From NCBI RefSeq assembly GCF_009834535.1, contig NC_045697.1:92010001-92074000 (forward strand): a stretch of 64,000 nt of DNA. Direction: 5' to 3'. Below are positions 39,265-52,471 of the stretch, in pieces. A program made the position numbers and the translations under genes. How positions within the stretch are numbered: position 1 is the stretch's first letter; every line of letters begins with the position of its first letter. The DNA comes from Camelus ferus (Eukaryota). The notes under the pieces are model-generated. The model had not been told where the DNA came from. It was given only the letters and a program-made list of their open reading frames with translations, and did no database searches.

Positions 39265-39410
39265 TTCTATATTGGTTAGTTCAAGCTGAAATTTGATCAT
39301 GGGTGCAAACCAAATGTGAGTTCCACAATTTTAAAATTGGACAGTGATAAAATAGAGAATACAAAAAACGATGGCCAGGATGGCATAGAATTTGGAAAGC
39401 ATGTTATGAC
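39265..39410 (+). mobile_element. L3/CR1 ORF2 3' fragment
   Basis: ccacaattttaaaattggacagtgataaaatagagaatacaaaaaacgatggccaggatgg...ttggaaagcatgttatga resembles the CR1 P.FKKD.DKLE.VQ..A.RM..GLE segment. Confidence 0.5.
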
Positions 39411-40570
39411 TATTTATTCATTCATGTGATAAATTTATCTGGCTCCCTGCCAGATACTGGAGATACAAGGAGTAATATGACAAACATAGCTCCTACCTTA
39501 TAGAAGAAATGAGAAGACAGAGAATTGAAAATCACAATGAGATGATTAATGATATGGGAGAGAAAGCAGAGAATATGAGGAGAACATATAGAAAGGAGCT
39601 TAATCAAATTTAGGATCAGAAGAGATGGTGTATGAAAGGACGAAAGAATGAAAGAAAAGGCATGAATTATTCTCTGCAGAAGGCTTAGCAGATCAGAGAA
39701 AGCATAGTGCTGGGAGGAACTGAAAGTAAGTCAAGAAGTTTGGTGGGTAATTTCAAGGGAGATGAAGAAGGAAAATAAAGCAGAAAGTGTAGTGGGGCCA
39801 GATCCTGAGAGATCTGTAAGCCAGGCACCGGGGCTTGCATTTAATACTAGGAACAATGGGATGGGCCTTGGCACTCAACTCCAGTGAGTAATGCTTACAT
39901 TGTAGTCTAACTGTTCTAACTAAATAACAACCTACAGAGCGGTGTAGTGGGTAGCCTGTGCTGCAGTGGCCCCAGATGGAAGGTCCTTTCATTGCAGCAA
40001 GTGAAAGAGTGATATAATTAGGTTTGGGTTTATAATTGTATGAGAACACGCTGGCTGTTATATGGAATGTAGGCTGCAGGATATATTTATTTATTCACTC
40101 ATAAATAGATCTTTATTATATAGATATTATGTGCCTGAAACTGGTCTACTTACTATGGGGTTCAACAATTAGTAAGATAGTCAAGGGCCCTTTAATTGTG
40201 GAGCTTCTATTCTAGTATGAGGGAGATAGAAAAAAATAATTTATTGCTAAGTTAACACAATTTTAAATGCTGATGAGTGTTATGGACAAAAGGAGATACC
40301 ATTTGAATTTAGATTTGAAAGATTCAAAGGAGTCAGCCATGTAAATATCTGGGGGCACAGGACATTGGGAATAGCAAGCATGAAGCCTTAGGCAGGAATG
40401 GGTATTTGGGGATCAAGGAACAAAAAGAAGATGAGTGTGAGTAGAGTGCAGTATGTGATAGAGAAAGTGAAACAAGGGGAATTCAGAGAGGTAGGCTGGG
40501 CTCCAACCACATAGGGACTTGTAGGGTTGGTTGAAAGGACTAGGTATATGCATATGTGCAAGAGAAAGCA
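39411..40570 (-). mobile_element. Two tandem L2 fragments
   Basis: L2 3' ends (ttattcattc at about 39413; tttattcactcataaa at about 40091), each followed by a purine-rich antisense L2 body (aaggagtcagccatgtaaatatctgggg). Confidence 0.75.
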
Positions 40571-41344
40571 AACTGAAAACAGAATGAATATGTTCGAATA
40601 TGTGGTGATAATTCACTTTAAGAGGGAGTTAAAACTAATTTTATGTTGCTACACTCAAACAAATTAGATATAATGTATGATTGTTCAAAGAGGGAAGATT
40701 TTGGTTCCACAAACTGTCCAAGCATGACCAGAGCCGCCTGTCACTTGAGAATGCATGCAGGGTCAGTAGAAGGAACTTCTGCTCTGTGTGAAAGGCAGGG
40801 CTGGTTTGCCTTTAAAGTCTCTTTCCATGTAATGCTTTTAGTTCATTTGGGGAAAATAAGGTGCACAGAGTTTTCCTAAATTTAACATCGGAGCTTTTGT
40901 CAACTATGGTTATTGCATGTAGTTACAGCACGCAGAGGAGGGGATAATGAGGAGGGCCACTGTTTCTGTCGTTCTGAATCCCGTTTTTTAAACACATGGG
41001 CTGTAGGGTTTGCTTTATGATTGCCTACAGGTAACATCATTCTGTATCGTCTTCATAGGCCAGAGACAGAAAAATGTAGTATTTTCCTGCAAATACAATT
41101 TTAAATAAGATAATCACTCCTTAAAACAGAAAAAAAAAAAACATTTTCCACATTCTCAATTAAAAGTACTAATCAGTTTTCTTTTCTTTTTCCTTTCTTT
41201 TTTTTGAACTTAAGCTTGTATAGTTTTTAATCTATTTTTCCAGATTATACACAAAGTCTTTATACTTGTTAACATTTTTAAGAGGGGGCATCATAATATT
41301 TCTAAGATTACATTTATTATTCAGCTAGCAAATTATTTGTTTAG

Positions 41345-41440
41345 TTAGAGTTATATAGAATACACAGTTATATAGAATATAGAGTTATATAGTCATAAGT
41401 TATAGAGGAGTTATAGAATTATGTAGAGTTATATATATAT
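41345..41440. repeat. Degenerate minisatellite, six AGTTATA-core units
   Basis: agttata at 41349, 41366, 41383, 41398, 41409 and 41427. Confidence 0.8.
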
Positions 41441-43511
41441 GTTTGAGGTTGTTCCATGGTTTGGCTCTAGGTGACTATTTCAAGCAATGGATGTAAAGGG
41501 GGACAGATTAGCTCACACATACTGTATCCTCGTGAGCAAACATCAATATCTTTCCACTGGTCTTAGGATAAAGACAGTAGTTTTCTTCTTGGTTTGAACA
41601 AACCTATCTGCCTTTGACGCCACTGCCTCTCTAGCATCTTCTCACATAAAGTAGAGAAAAAAAAATCAATTCTAAACTAGTTGAATTACTTATTTTCCTA
41701 AAATGTATACACTAATATATTTACTTTAAACTTTTGGTAAGACTTTTCTAAAATATAAAAATTCAAACATTTAAGTATCTTAGTGTACCTTGTTGTCTCA
41801 GTGCCGACGATGTTGGAGGTGGACCCGTCTTAATCTCCTTTGATTACAGAAACTTCAGGATCCTGAGGAGTGGGGCGGTGGGGGGAGTGGCATTCATAGA
41901 CAGGTTCCCTTGTCCTGAAGGTTTTAAAAGGGACTCTTGTTAATACTTTAATACAGTGTTGTGAAAAGTTATGCTTCTCCCACTTAAAATACTGTCTTAT
42001 ATAAAGTGGCACTTATATAGGAAACATTGCATTTTGACGAGCTGCAAAAATAGTTCCTTTAGAAGGAATAAGGTTCATAAGAACTTGCAGAATTTCTTTA
42101 GGACTGATGGATTGCTTTTAATCATTTTAGTTTTCTGCTTTTGTGAGTCCTACTGCTCCATTTTTCAGAATTCATTTAGTTTTACATTAGCCTGTGTCCA
42201 TTTAGTGTAAGATGAGGATAACATTCCTTTGCCAGATCATCAACTTTTAAAGGTTTCATCTTCACTAATAAAACAGAGTTGAAGATTATGTCTATTCATT
42301 CGCCCAATAATTGGAGCAAAAACTGAACTTTTCTCTATGCTTTTTAAAAAGATGTTTTGAGTGGGGCTGCAATATTACATTAGAATTATAAACAACGGCC
42401 TGGTGGTGAAGCACATTTTGTGTTTCCTTTTGTGGGCTGACTGCTCAGGAGAACCTCTCCATACCTAAGTGAAATTTTGCTGTTAAGTTTACAAAGTTAA
42501 TCTTGTGTATTGAACTATTTTAAGGAAGCTCCCTGGTTTACAAATTAACAAAAACAAACAAATAAAACCTGAAACACCAAAGAAAACACTTGAACCCAAT
42601 CCATTTTATGGACATAAGCAATGGCTAATGTATAAGATTTAAATGTTTACTTTGCTTTTTCTACCTTGAGACTTAGATTTTAGTTTCCTATGCTTTATTA
42701 AAATAGTGCTGATTGTGTTGATACTTAAGCTCCATGTGCTATCATCTATACATTTTCTTTCCTTTTTTGAACTTTTTAGATTGCAGTATAAAAGAGGGCA
42801 AGTGAAATGCCTTCTGTATATTACACAGATGGCTGATAGGAATTATTTATGGATAACAGCTCTAAAGTTTGTTTATTTTCTTGAATAGCTGGGGTTTGAA
42901 TAGAATCTTCACTGTCCTTGAGAAAGTCTTCAAAAGAATTTCCATCCCTATAAAGTGAATGAGTCTATATTTGCCCATAAAATTCTTCTCTTTGTGAAAA
43001 ATTTCAGCTTTTAAAAATTAAATCATGGAAGAAGTTTGCATAGATTCATTCTCCCTGTGCTAAAATTATGTTAGAAATGAAGACCGCCTGAAAACAGAGA
43101 TAATACAATGCAGATTGGTCTTTGCATGTCATTAACCTGACATCTATGATGTGCCATGCTCAATTTCAATATTTAATAAGTGTCCAATTTCTGAAGTATG
43201 AATAAAAATTAGAAACAATAACAAGTAAGTTACTTTTCAATAAATAGACATGTCCTTACTGATTTAAGAATAGTAATTGGGTGTAGCACGTTAACTGAGT
43301 GGCCTAGAGCAATTTTATAATAATCTTCTAAGAGCTCAGGAAAAAAAATCAACATTTTATTACTTTTAACACACTGCAGTTACTACTTCTCTTAATTCAT
43401 TTTAGTGAGCTGTCAATAAATTTCACTCCATTAGATGCTGAATTTAATTAGCTCCAGGGTCACAATTTGTGTGATTTCTAAATTGTGTGCTATTTACAAC
43501 GTCTAGTAAAT

Positions 43512-43526
43512 GTTACCTATGGCAAC
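43512..43526. promoter_or_regulatory. RFX X-box motif
   Basis: GTTACC-TAT-GGCAAC fits GTNRCC(N0-3)RGYAAC, in unique sequence. Confidence 0.4.
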
Positions 43527-43699
43527 ATAAATATATGTAATCTACAGCCAGCAGTGGACAATTATTTTTCATGCCTTGGATATTAAGCATTCAGTAGTGC
43601 TGTTTCTGATTATTTTCTGGACTTCTCTGCTATGTTGTGTGGGAATAGTACTGGCTACATAATTTGTGATTTCTAATGCACGGTGAAAACTCTAGGACT

Positions 43700-43802
43700 C
43701 AGAATTTTAAGTTGGCAGCAGCAGAGCATGAGGGCAGGGGCCTTTGAGCATGGGATCTTGTGGGACTGCCTAGGTTGTGCAGCCATGATCATGGCCAGCC
43801 CG
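43700..43802 (-). mobile_element. hAT MITE fragment (MER96/MER53-like)
   Basis: Reverse complement gggctggccatgatcatggctgcacaacctaggcagtcccacaagatccc...tgctctgctgctgccaacttaaaattct resembles a recalled hAT MITE terminus. Confidence 0.55.
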
Positions 43803-44327
43803 TTGTGCAACTGTAAACATTTTAAACTTACAACAATCTCTAATGTGTAAAAATTCTATTCTTGGTAAATACTATGGCTGAATAAATAACAGGAACCAGA
43901 GATTGTCCTGCTATTTATAAAGGCAAGAACTTTACATTCTCTTTGACTTTCAGCAAAGGTGACTTAGGTTTATGGTGTAACCAGAACAGTTCTTAGGTAA
44001 TGATAAATTATCTTTTGATCAAATATTTGATATGAAAATCTTTGACCCAAACTAGTGGATTCCAATACTGTGCATTCTTTTTGAAGTCCCATATTCTATT
44101 CTGAATCAAGAGCCTGTTCAACATAATTGAGCTTTTCTTTGGAATTGGGATTTGGTGAGAAGACCTGGTTGTCTGCCTACTCTTCACTCTTCTGTCCTTT
44201 TTTGGTATCAGAATACTGGCAGGATAATGTGCTGAGAACCTCATTTACATCCTCCTTGAAGACATGTGTGATCAATACATTTTAAGTAAAATTCCTTTGC
44301 TATTTCCTCTCTCCCTGTCTGTAACAG

Positions 44328-44383
44328 CTGTGAAGGCTGAAGCTTCAGCAGTTATCTTTGAATCATGCAGCAACCTTAAGGAT
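44328..44383 (+). other. Candidate short exon (56 nt)
   Basis: Long polypyrimidine acceptor ttcctttgctatttcctctctccctgtctgtaacag| and moderate donor GAT|gttagt. Confidence 0.2.
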
Positions 44384-46199
44384 GTTAGTAAACACAACTT
44401 GTGGTGGAACAGAAAGACAAAATAATCCTGCTCTTTTGATAGCTTTAAAGGGACTCTGAACAAGCTCCAAGTTGCCTATGTAAATGAATAACACCCTAAT
44501 TTATTAAAATCTATGCAGCCCAGTTTGTTAGTTGCGGCACAATTTTGACTGAAATAGGAGACAACACTCCTTTTCTTTTTTTTTTAATTTGGGTTCCTCC
44601 AAATCCTGCTTTTGTTGTGGTAATAGTAGATTAATTCAAAAACACCTATATAAAAACACAAAGCAGAGAAAAATTATTAAAGATAAAACCAACAAACTCC
44701 ACTTCTTTTTTGTTAGAATGGCTCTTAAAATCTGGCTGATTGTTTCCTTTGCTTGTTTTATGCAGTTGATTGTTTTTGTTTTATGTTTTCGTGCTTGGCT
44801 GTCTATTTTCTTGGTTTCTTGTTACCTTTTACAAATTACTCTAGTATTTATTCATTTATCTAAGCAGTGCGTCATACCAATAACACAAAAACAGTAAGAT
44901 ATGTCACCTTCCCTGAAATGACTCATAGCTTTAAAGAGAGATCAAACATGTAAAAATATAGTTTACAATACAACCTGGTAAGAGATGAAACAGAAGGGGT
45001 AAACGCTATGGGTCTTCAATTCTGCTAAGGCAAATGTCTGCCTAACTTCCTAGGAAATTTGGGAGGGCTAGCAAGTATCCAGTCTGAAGAAATACCTCAC
45101 AGAATTCTGGAATTTGATGTCCCTTAGCCCCACTGCTAAATAGATAAACTTCACTCTTTGACTTTTCCATCTTTAGGTATAAGAATGTTAGATTGACTTC
45201 ATGTACTATTTTTCCCCAACATAAAATCTCATGATGAGATTTAGATTTTGGAAATATAGCTCTCTCTATTTTTTTTAAGATAGAATTGCTTTATTTTAAG
45301 AAGTAGAGAAGGGTCTGTAAATATTAGTAACATGCATTTTAATGTATATATTACACCTGCCAGAAGTTGACATTTGCTTTTAAGTCACTGTTGCCTAGGA
45401 AGTATTTGGTTACACTCTAAATTTCATACTTGGTGTTTCTGCCATTCATTCATTTTCAATATTTTAGTGGAGTTATGTCCAGCTGAGATAATACATTTCT
45501 TTCTCAACAGGATTCTGTAGTAGACTGCTGAAAAGTATAATTTCACACACATATGATGAAAAAAAAAACAGGAAAGCAAAGCTGCATTTGATAAGAGAGT
45601 AGACTAGTGCAAGCTTCAAAATAGAGGATATAGCCTTTATCAGTAGATAAAACTTCAATAACTACACCCTCTTCATTTAAAAAAGCAAGAGAGTCACAAT
45701 TTCAAAACACTTCAAGATGCACAAAATATCTAAAAGCAAGTCAAATAATGAAATATACTCAGAGCTTCAAATCCAAAAATACAGCAAACTAAAGTAATAA
45801 ATAAATCTTAACCTACTCCCTGAATACCTAAAGTGTTATAAAAAATCTTTTTTGTGGTTATATCTATATATATACACACACATGCCATGCATACACTTTA
45901 TACACATGCTAGAAAAATTGGGAAACAACAAAACACAGGAAGAAAGTTAAAAATCCAAACGACAACATATCTTTTTATGATCTAGAAATAAAATTCTGTG
46001 AATTATGAGCTATCTTTAGTAGATCAATATAAGTAAATTCTTATAAATGTGTATATTTTCAACACTATGATCTAATTGTATATGGCTTAACATTAACAAA
46101 CATTATATAATTCTGTTTTTTCCCTTTTTAACACTTTGTTGCAATTCTGGGAAAAAATAAGTCAGATACAATCTGAACATAAACTATTTTTTTCTTCTA

Positions 46200-47560
46200 C
46201 TCCTGGCCCCAATCTATTTGCCTCTCCTGAACCTCATGGTAGTTTGTGCCCTCAGGTGGACGCATGTAGACAAGTGAGGCCTGGATTTTGCTGGTGTTAC
46301 ATGGAGTGAAACTACAGGTGGAGAGAGGAGCTCCAAGGAATATGGAGCATCAGGAGAAGTGATTGGTTAGATAATTGTAGAAACCATGGTGATGTTGGCT
46401 TTGTATGAATAGGTCTGGTTCTCTGGGTACAAGACCAATGGACAGCTGGGCCAAGCCTCCCCAGACCCTCCCATATTTAAGGAGACCAAAGAGAATTCTT
46501 TGGGGATTTCACAAAAGCCTGGAAATGTGTCTTTTTACTCACTGCTGGCCCATAAAGGAAGTGGATGTTTTGTCTCCCAGCCTCTGTGCAACTATGTTGC
46601 TTGGTAACAGCAATTATACCTGAGCCCCAAGAGCTCAGCCTGATGAGTTACAACCAGTCTAAACTGGCCATCGCTCAGGAGTGATCAGCCTGGTCAGAAT
46701 GACACTTACACAGCTAAACAGAGCTGCTGCATGAGATGAACAGACAGACACTTGAATAAAATATAGCGACAAAAGTACATAAGGAAAATAAAGTTCTACA
46801 TCAAAAATAGAATAGAATAGCATTTAAAAAATTAGAATGAAAAATGTGATTTGTCATCCAAACAATTTAATGGATGATTTGAAGATATGATAGTCACTTG
46901 ACATCTGAAACAATGGTCTGTCAAATGAAGTAAAAGAAATAGCTCAAAGATAAAGGCAAATTATATACAGGTAGAAATTATGGGGAAAAAAAAGACATAG
47001 AAGATGGATCTGGGCAAACCAACAAGTGAAATATCAGTTCCAGGAAAAAAGAAAAGAATAAATATTAGAAGCAATAATAAACACTGACAGAAGAAAATTT
47101 CCTGGGAAGAAAAATTTCCTGAGATAAAGCGAGATCTGTAACTCATTAATTGAAGATGTTCACTAACTTGAAGCCTGGACTGAAGAAAAACAGTACACAC
47201 TTACATATAAATTACTGAATTTCTTGTATGCTAATGAGAAAGAAAAAATTTGAGCTTCCAGGCAAATAGAAAAAATAACTTATACGGGCATTGGACTTCT
47301 CATTTCCAACCCAGGAAGGTTGTTCAAAGAGCAGCATCTGTGAACTGCTGAATGAAAAGATCTGCAATCCAAATTTCTTAATTCTAACTTGTCAGGAAAA
47401 AAAATTAAGATATATAGTAACTCAGAAAATACATCCATATAGCTACTCTGAATAAAGAATTCAAAGAAGAGGCTTTGGACCAACTAAAAATGTATGAACT
47501 AGAACAGTCTTCACAATGGAAAAAGAGAGAAATCAGAGTGAGCAACTAATCTTTCTCTTT
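46200..47560 (+). mobile_element. HAL1/L1ME-type 5' region and ORF1 remnant
   Basis: A-rich ORF1-like tract: gatggatctgggcaaaccaaca...gttccagg...gaagaaaatttcctgg...ggcattggacttctca. Confidence 0.55.
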
Positions 47561-48664
47561 TGCTTTCTTTTAGTATTTAAGGCTAAGTAAGTAGGATACC
47601 CTGAGAATATGTAATATCTGCCTTAAATAAGGACTTGTAACAGAAGGGATATACAATAAGAGGTCTTACAGTATTGATATATGCCTAAAAACACTAAATA
47701 ATCTTGTAAAACCTATGCATTAGAACTGGCTTGCAGGTCAAGGATGGGAATGATAAAAACATCCTAACCCAATTTAAAGATGAAACTGGCAAAAGGGCAG
47801 AAGAGAGAAAAGGTAAAAATAGTCTATGGGTTTTATCATAATGTGGTGAGAAGGAAAGGCTTAGGATACAAAACAATCTATCTTGATGGGAGAAATGGCG
47901 GATATTTTGTATTAAATGAACAATTGTAAAATATATGTTTTATCATTAGGTCAGGCAAAATGACCTGATGATTTGAAACTGCTGAGAAAGTTCTCTATTA
48001 ATATTTACAGTATTGCACTATTAAAAATCTCATCAAAAGTGGTGCAATTTTCCTAAAGTATATGCTAAAAACAAAATAAAACTTTATAGGAGTGACCTAA
48101 AGTCTATCAGTTTTGCCATGAAAAAATACAGTTGAAAGTTATTCTTCACAATAAGTGGAAATAAATTTTACTTTTTTCTTTTTAGCTAAAATTTTATCAG
48201 AATTTTCAGGAATATTATATGATCAAATTAGCACCTATTTATAACTTCAAAGTAGGTGTCTATAAAGTTATAAATACTTATATGTAAAAAAAGAACAAAG
48301 CATGAATTTTGGGGGGACTGTTGAGCTAATTTATAATTTTAAAGTTTTGAAAATCTGTTGGAAGATAGTTCCTTTAATATTAATATTAACCTGTATTCTC
48401 TAGGCAATAAGCAAATAATAAATAATGGGGCAATAAAAACAAGCAAAGTGAAGTATGTAATGAAAGGAGTAGAAACTGCAAAAACAAAATTCTTAATTCA
48501 CACATATTTTAATTTCTTAAGTTTCACTCTGACATAGAGCTATAGACTTTAGAGAAGTCTAGACATAGGAGCAAATTCTTAGGAATTTGTTTCCTTCAGG
48601 GTTGACAACAAAACACAATTCAAATGTTTGGGAATTACAGTAAGGCCAATTTAGATTTGTCACA

Positions 48665-48865
48665 CCTTCACTATTTACAGAGCATTTTTACTTATTTGAT
48701 TTTCACCATAATGTTCTCAAGTAAGGTTAAACATTTGTAGCCAAATTTTTCAAGGGAAAAAAAACTGAGAGTGGACACTTCATCATCTGCCACCATTTCA
48801 CACCAAGCGACAAAATCAGGGCCTAGAATCCAGGTGTTCCGAATTCTTGGCGTGTATGTTATCCA
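48665..48865 (-). mobile_element. MIR SINE
   Basis: tttacagagcattttt...atttgattttcacc...aaactgag...gggcctagaatccaggtgttcc. Confidence 0.6.
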
Positions 48866-51800
48866 CACCAGTTTGGTTTTATTTTGATTATGAGAGAGAA
48901 GATCAATTATTTTTCTATCTGCTTATATTAATTTGCTCTTTACTCAGATTGTATGCAAACACATTCTAATATACCTATCTCTCATTTAAAAAAATATTTA
49001 TTCAAACCCTTCAACATTGTTTTAACACAGCTTTTATAGAATTCAAGACTAATAATCAGTATGATAAGGGCATCTTACTGGCTGAATGAGTAATTTTGCT
49101 GTTTCTTTTTATAAGTGAATTCACAGGTTATGTATTTCAAATTTATTAGAAGACAAAAAAAGATAAGTTGTATATATAAACAGCTTAACATGAGATACAA
49201 GTGGAAGGACTGTAACAAAAAGGAACACACATCTTAATACCTTTTTTGAAGTATTTATGTTATTTTTCTGTATTTCAGAGATTCCTGAGACAGAATTACT
49301 CAGATAGCAATATTATATCAACAATAATTATATCAACAAATTACTGACATATTAAGTATTTTGTGCAAATTCTGCACCCAAAAATAATGATCCCTTTACA
49401 GCAGGTTTCCCCATAGTGAGATCATCATTACAAATTCAGTTGCCTATGTTCAAAGTAGATTTGGCCAGTCATTACCATTCAACACCTTTGAAAGGGATTT
49501 TTAAAAAATTATTTATGATTTTAAATCTTAGGTTTGCATTTCAACACTCAAACATCACCTGTGGAAATGAAAATGGACACATAGTATTTAACCACTTTAA
49601 AATGCTTATTAAAAGAAATGGAATATACTCTCTGAAAACTAACAACCCTATATTTGCAACAAAGAGGAAAGTCATTTTTAAAAAATCCATCCTCTTTGAA
49701 CAAAGTAAATTGGAATAGACCAAAATATCTTCTCTACCTAGAATCTGGTCTGAGTAGCAAAAAGAGATTATAGATTTTTAACTGCTAATCTCCAGAGAAG
49801 ACAAGAAAATGTTAGGTGATGATGTGGTTACAAATTCTACTCCTCTGAGAGCCTATAAATGTTTCAGGAATTAAAAGAAAAACAATCCACCTCTAACTTC
49901 TATAGCATAGTATTTTTATAGCCAATCCTTGCACAGTATTAAATTAAAAACAGAAATCCAGAGTGTGTTGGAGACACAAAGACATATAAATACATATAGC
50001 TTCTATGAAACAAACAAGTCCTGTGGCATTTTAAAGTCAAACTTTATGTCTGTGGTTTAGAAATGAAGGAATGTAAATACTCTGTGTTCTAATTTGCATC
50101 CATTTGGAAATCAGAAATGGAGCTTCATAAATTTCGTATTAAATGATACATAAATATCATAGGATAGAGGACACATTTTCAATGCAGTGTTATGCTCCAA
50201 AAGTGAAATTCACTGAAGCTAGTAAAATGAATAGAGTTAATGCCCCAGGTATTAAACTCGAAATATAAGCTATACGTTTTTAAAGTAGACTCTAAATAGC
50301 TCATGATATTTTCTGCAGAGTGTGTAAGCAAATTTCTAAATTTGGCAGTAGTTTTATGTTCACTTAATTTTCTTATGAGTTTCACAGACTCCAGGGTTAA
50401 GGAAGCTAATGCATTTCCCTAGAAATTTAAGATGTCAGTCATCTTCTGAGAATGACTGCTTCTTGGAGAATGTCAGCCACATCGCCATTTCTTCACCCTT
50501 CGGCATCTTTTCCCCTTCTTCAGCCACTAGAGTTATATCAGAGATTTGATTAATAACCAGATGAGTTGCTGCTGGGTGCTACATGGTACAGCAGGAGATA
50601 GAGTTGCATTTATCTGTTAACACTACTGGTCTAATACCTCCCCATCCATGATGCCTGGTAAAATGACTTCACAGTTGTACTTGGTTCTGGGGCACAAAAC
50701 AAAGGCCACCTGAAACATGAATGGAGTGGACCACCTCTCCTCTGCTCCTGGGGAGCTCTGATTCCAGAATTCATGTCACCTCATAGTATTACACAATCTG
50801 GATTTATTAAACAGAAAGTATTAACCCAGGATAGAGACTTCAAATTTATTGTTACATGTAGAGTTGTCTTATCACTTTCACATTATCTTATTTTCTACTC
50901 TTGCTCCCTCCTTTCTTTTATCTCTGCCATTCTCCTTACGGGCTCTTCATTGTCTATTGTCTTTCCTCATAATGACTTTCTTCAGAGCGCAGATCCAAGA
51001 GGAAGGCCACTGCTATCTTGGGGAACAAGTGGTACCTAGTTTCTCCTGTAACAATGCCCTTCCAAATCCTCATCACACCCGCTTCTTGGCTGCATTAGCA
51101 TTAGTTAGAAGAGTACCTTTGAGATTCACTATAACGCTATCCTCAGGGCCCTTTATCCTCTGTCTTAAGGTGAAGCTATTTCATAAAGAAATCCTTTCAA
51201 TTCTTCAGTCACAAAACTGTCTTTTAAATGGGGTTCAGACCTTTTTGATTTTAATTCAATTCTATAATAAAGAAAGTTACTTTCATTTTTAAAAAGTGTG
51301 GAGAGTAAATCCCAATGGGAAAAAAAAAATCCTCTCATTTGGTTTAAGACAGATGAATAATAAAGAGAGAAGAAGATAACCGGATTGTTAAAATTTGACT
51401 GCAAGGAGAAGATAATTTCAACTCGAGAGCTGTCAGCACAGAACAGAGGAAGGATGATAAAACAGGGATCAGAGATACTCCAGGCAAATGAGAGTTTTGA
51501 ATGAACATCTAATAATACTGAACAACCTGTGGACATTTTGAGAACATTAAAAAGGCAGTATCTAAAACCGTCTTTCTTATACTTTGTGTTCTATAGAATT
51601 TGAATATATTACTAAATCCCAGTAATTTATACGGATGTTCAAATATTCTTCACATTATCACTAAAATAATGCAAAAAATTGAAGTAGCCCAAATGACAGG
51701 TAAGAGACCCACACAAACAACTGTTTTTATGTTATATTAAAATTTATATATATATAAACAAGTAAGTTTACATGTAAATGCTATCATGTCATACATAATT

Positions 51801-52267
51801 TTTAGGTAAGTGTTTGTTTTTATTTTCCCTTTTCAATCATTTCCTCTCTGTTTCTTTCTCACATCTCTCCTAACATACTATCTCCCCACAACCATGTCAG
51901 CCACCTATTACATATTGTACAATGTGACATACTTGTAATCCCATAGTTTTTCTTGTAAGATTTTTATTGTTCTCTTTTTACTTTTAAGCTAAAATACACC
52001 CATAATTTTTCTTTATTTGTGGCTTAAGAGAAGGACCCAGTTGTATTTTCCTCCAGAGAAATAGAACTGATACCAGCTCAATTATCTAACCTATTCACCG
52101 TTCTCTTTTTCACAATGAACAGAATGGCCACCTTGGGCAAATACTCAATTATTATGTAAACTGGGATCTAGTTCTACACTATCTTATTGTTCCAGTGACC
52201 CGCTTGCTGTTCCGCCTCCAACATCACACTGAAGTGATTATAATGGTGCCTTAGTTTTTTATTTCAG

Positions 52268-52471
52268 ATTACCACTAACTTGGTGAATTAAACAATACGA
52301 AGATATTAGCTTACATTTCTGGAGGGCAAAATTCTAACATGGATCTCCCTGAGGAGGTCCTTAACTTTAATCGTACCTGCAAAATCCCTTTTACCATGTA
52401 ACGCAACATACTCAATGGTTCTGTAGATTAGGGTGTGGACATCTTTGGGGGCTATTATTCTGCCTGAGTAC
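52268..52471 (-). mobile_element. MaLR LTR (MLT1C/D-like) with internal deletion, within L1 fragments
   Basis: taccactaacttggtgaattaaacaa...acctgcaaaatcccttttaccatgtaacgcaacatactca...gattagggtgtggacatctttgggggctattattctgcc. Confidence 0.8.

Noticed and set aside
41345..41440. CRISPR-like repeat-spacer array
   Set aside because: The core is only 7-13 bp with irregular short AT-rich linkers, in mammalian DNA with no cas genes.
51165..51536. 123-aa minus ORF and the overlapping 147-aa plus ORF
   Set aside because: Low-complexity hydrophobic composition, no recognisable domain and no consistent splice sites.
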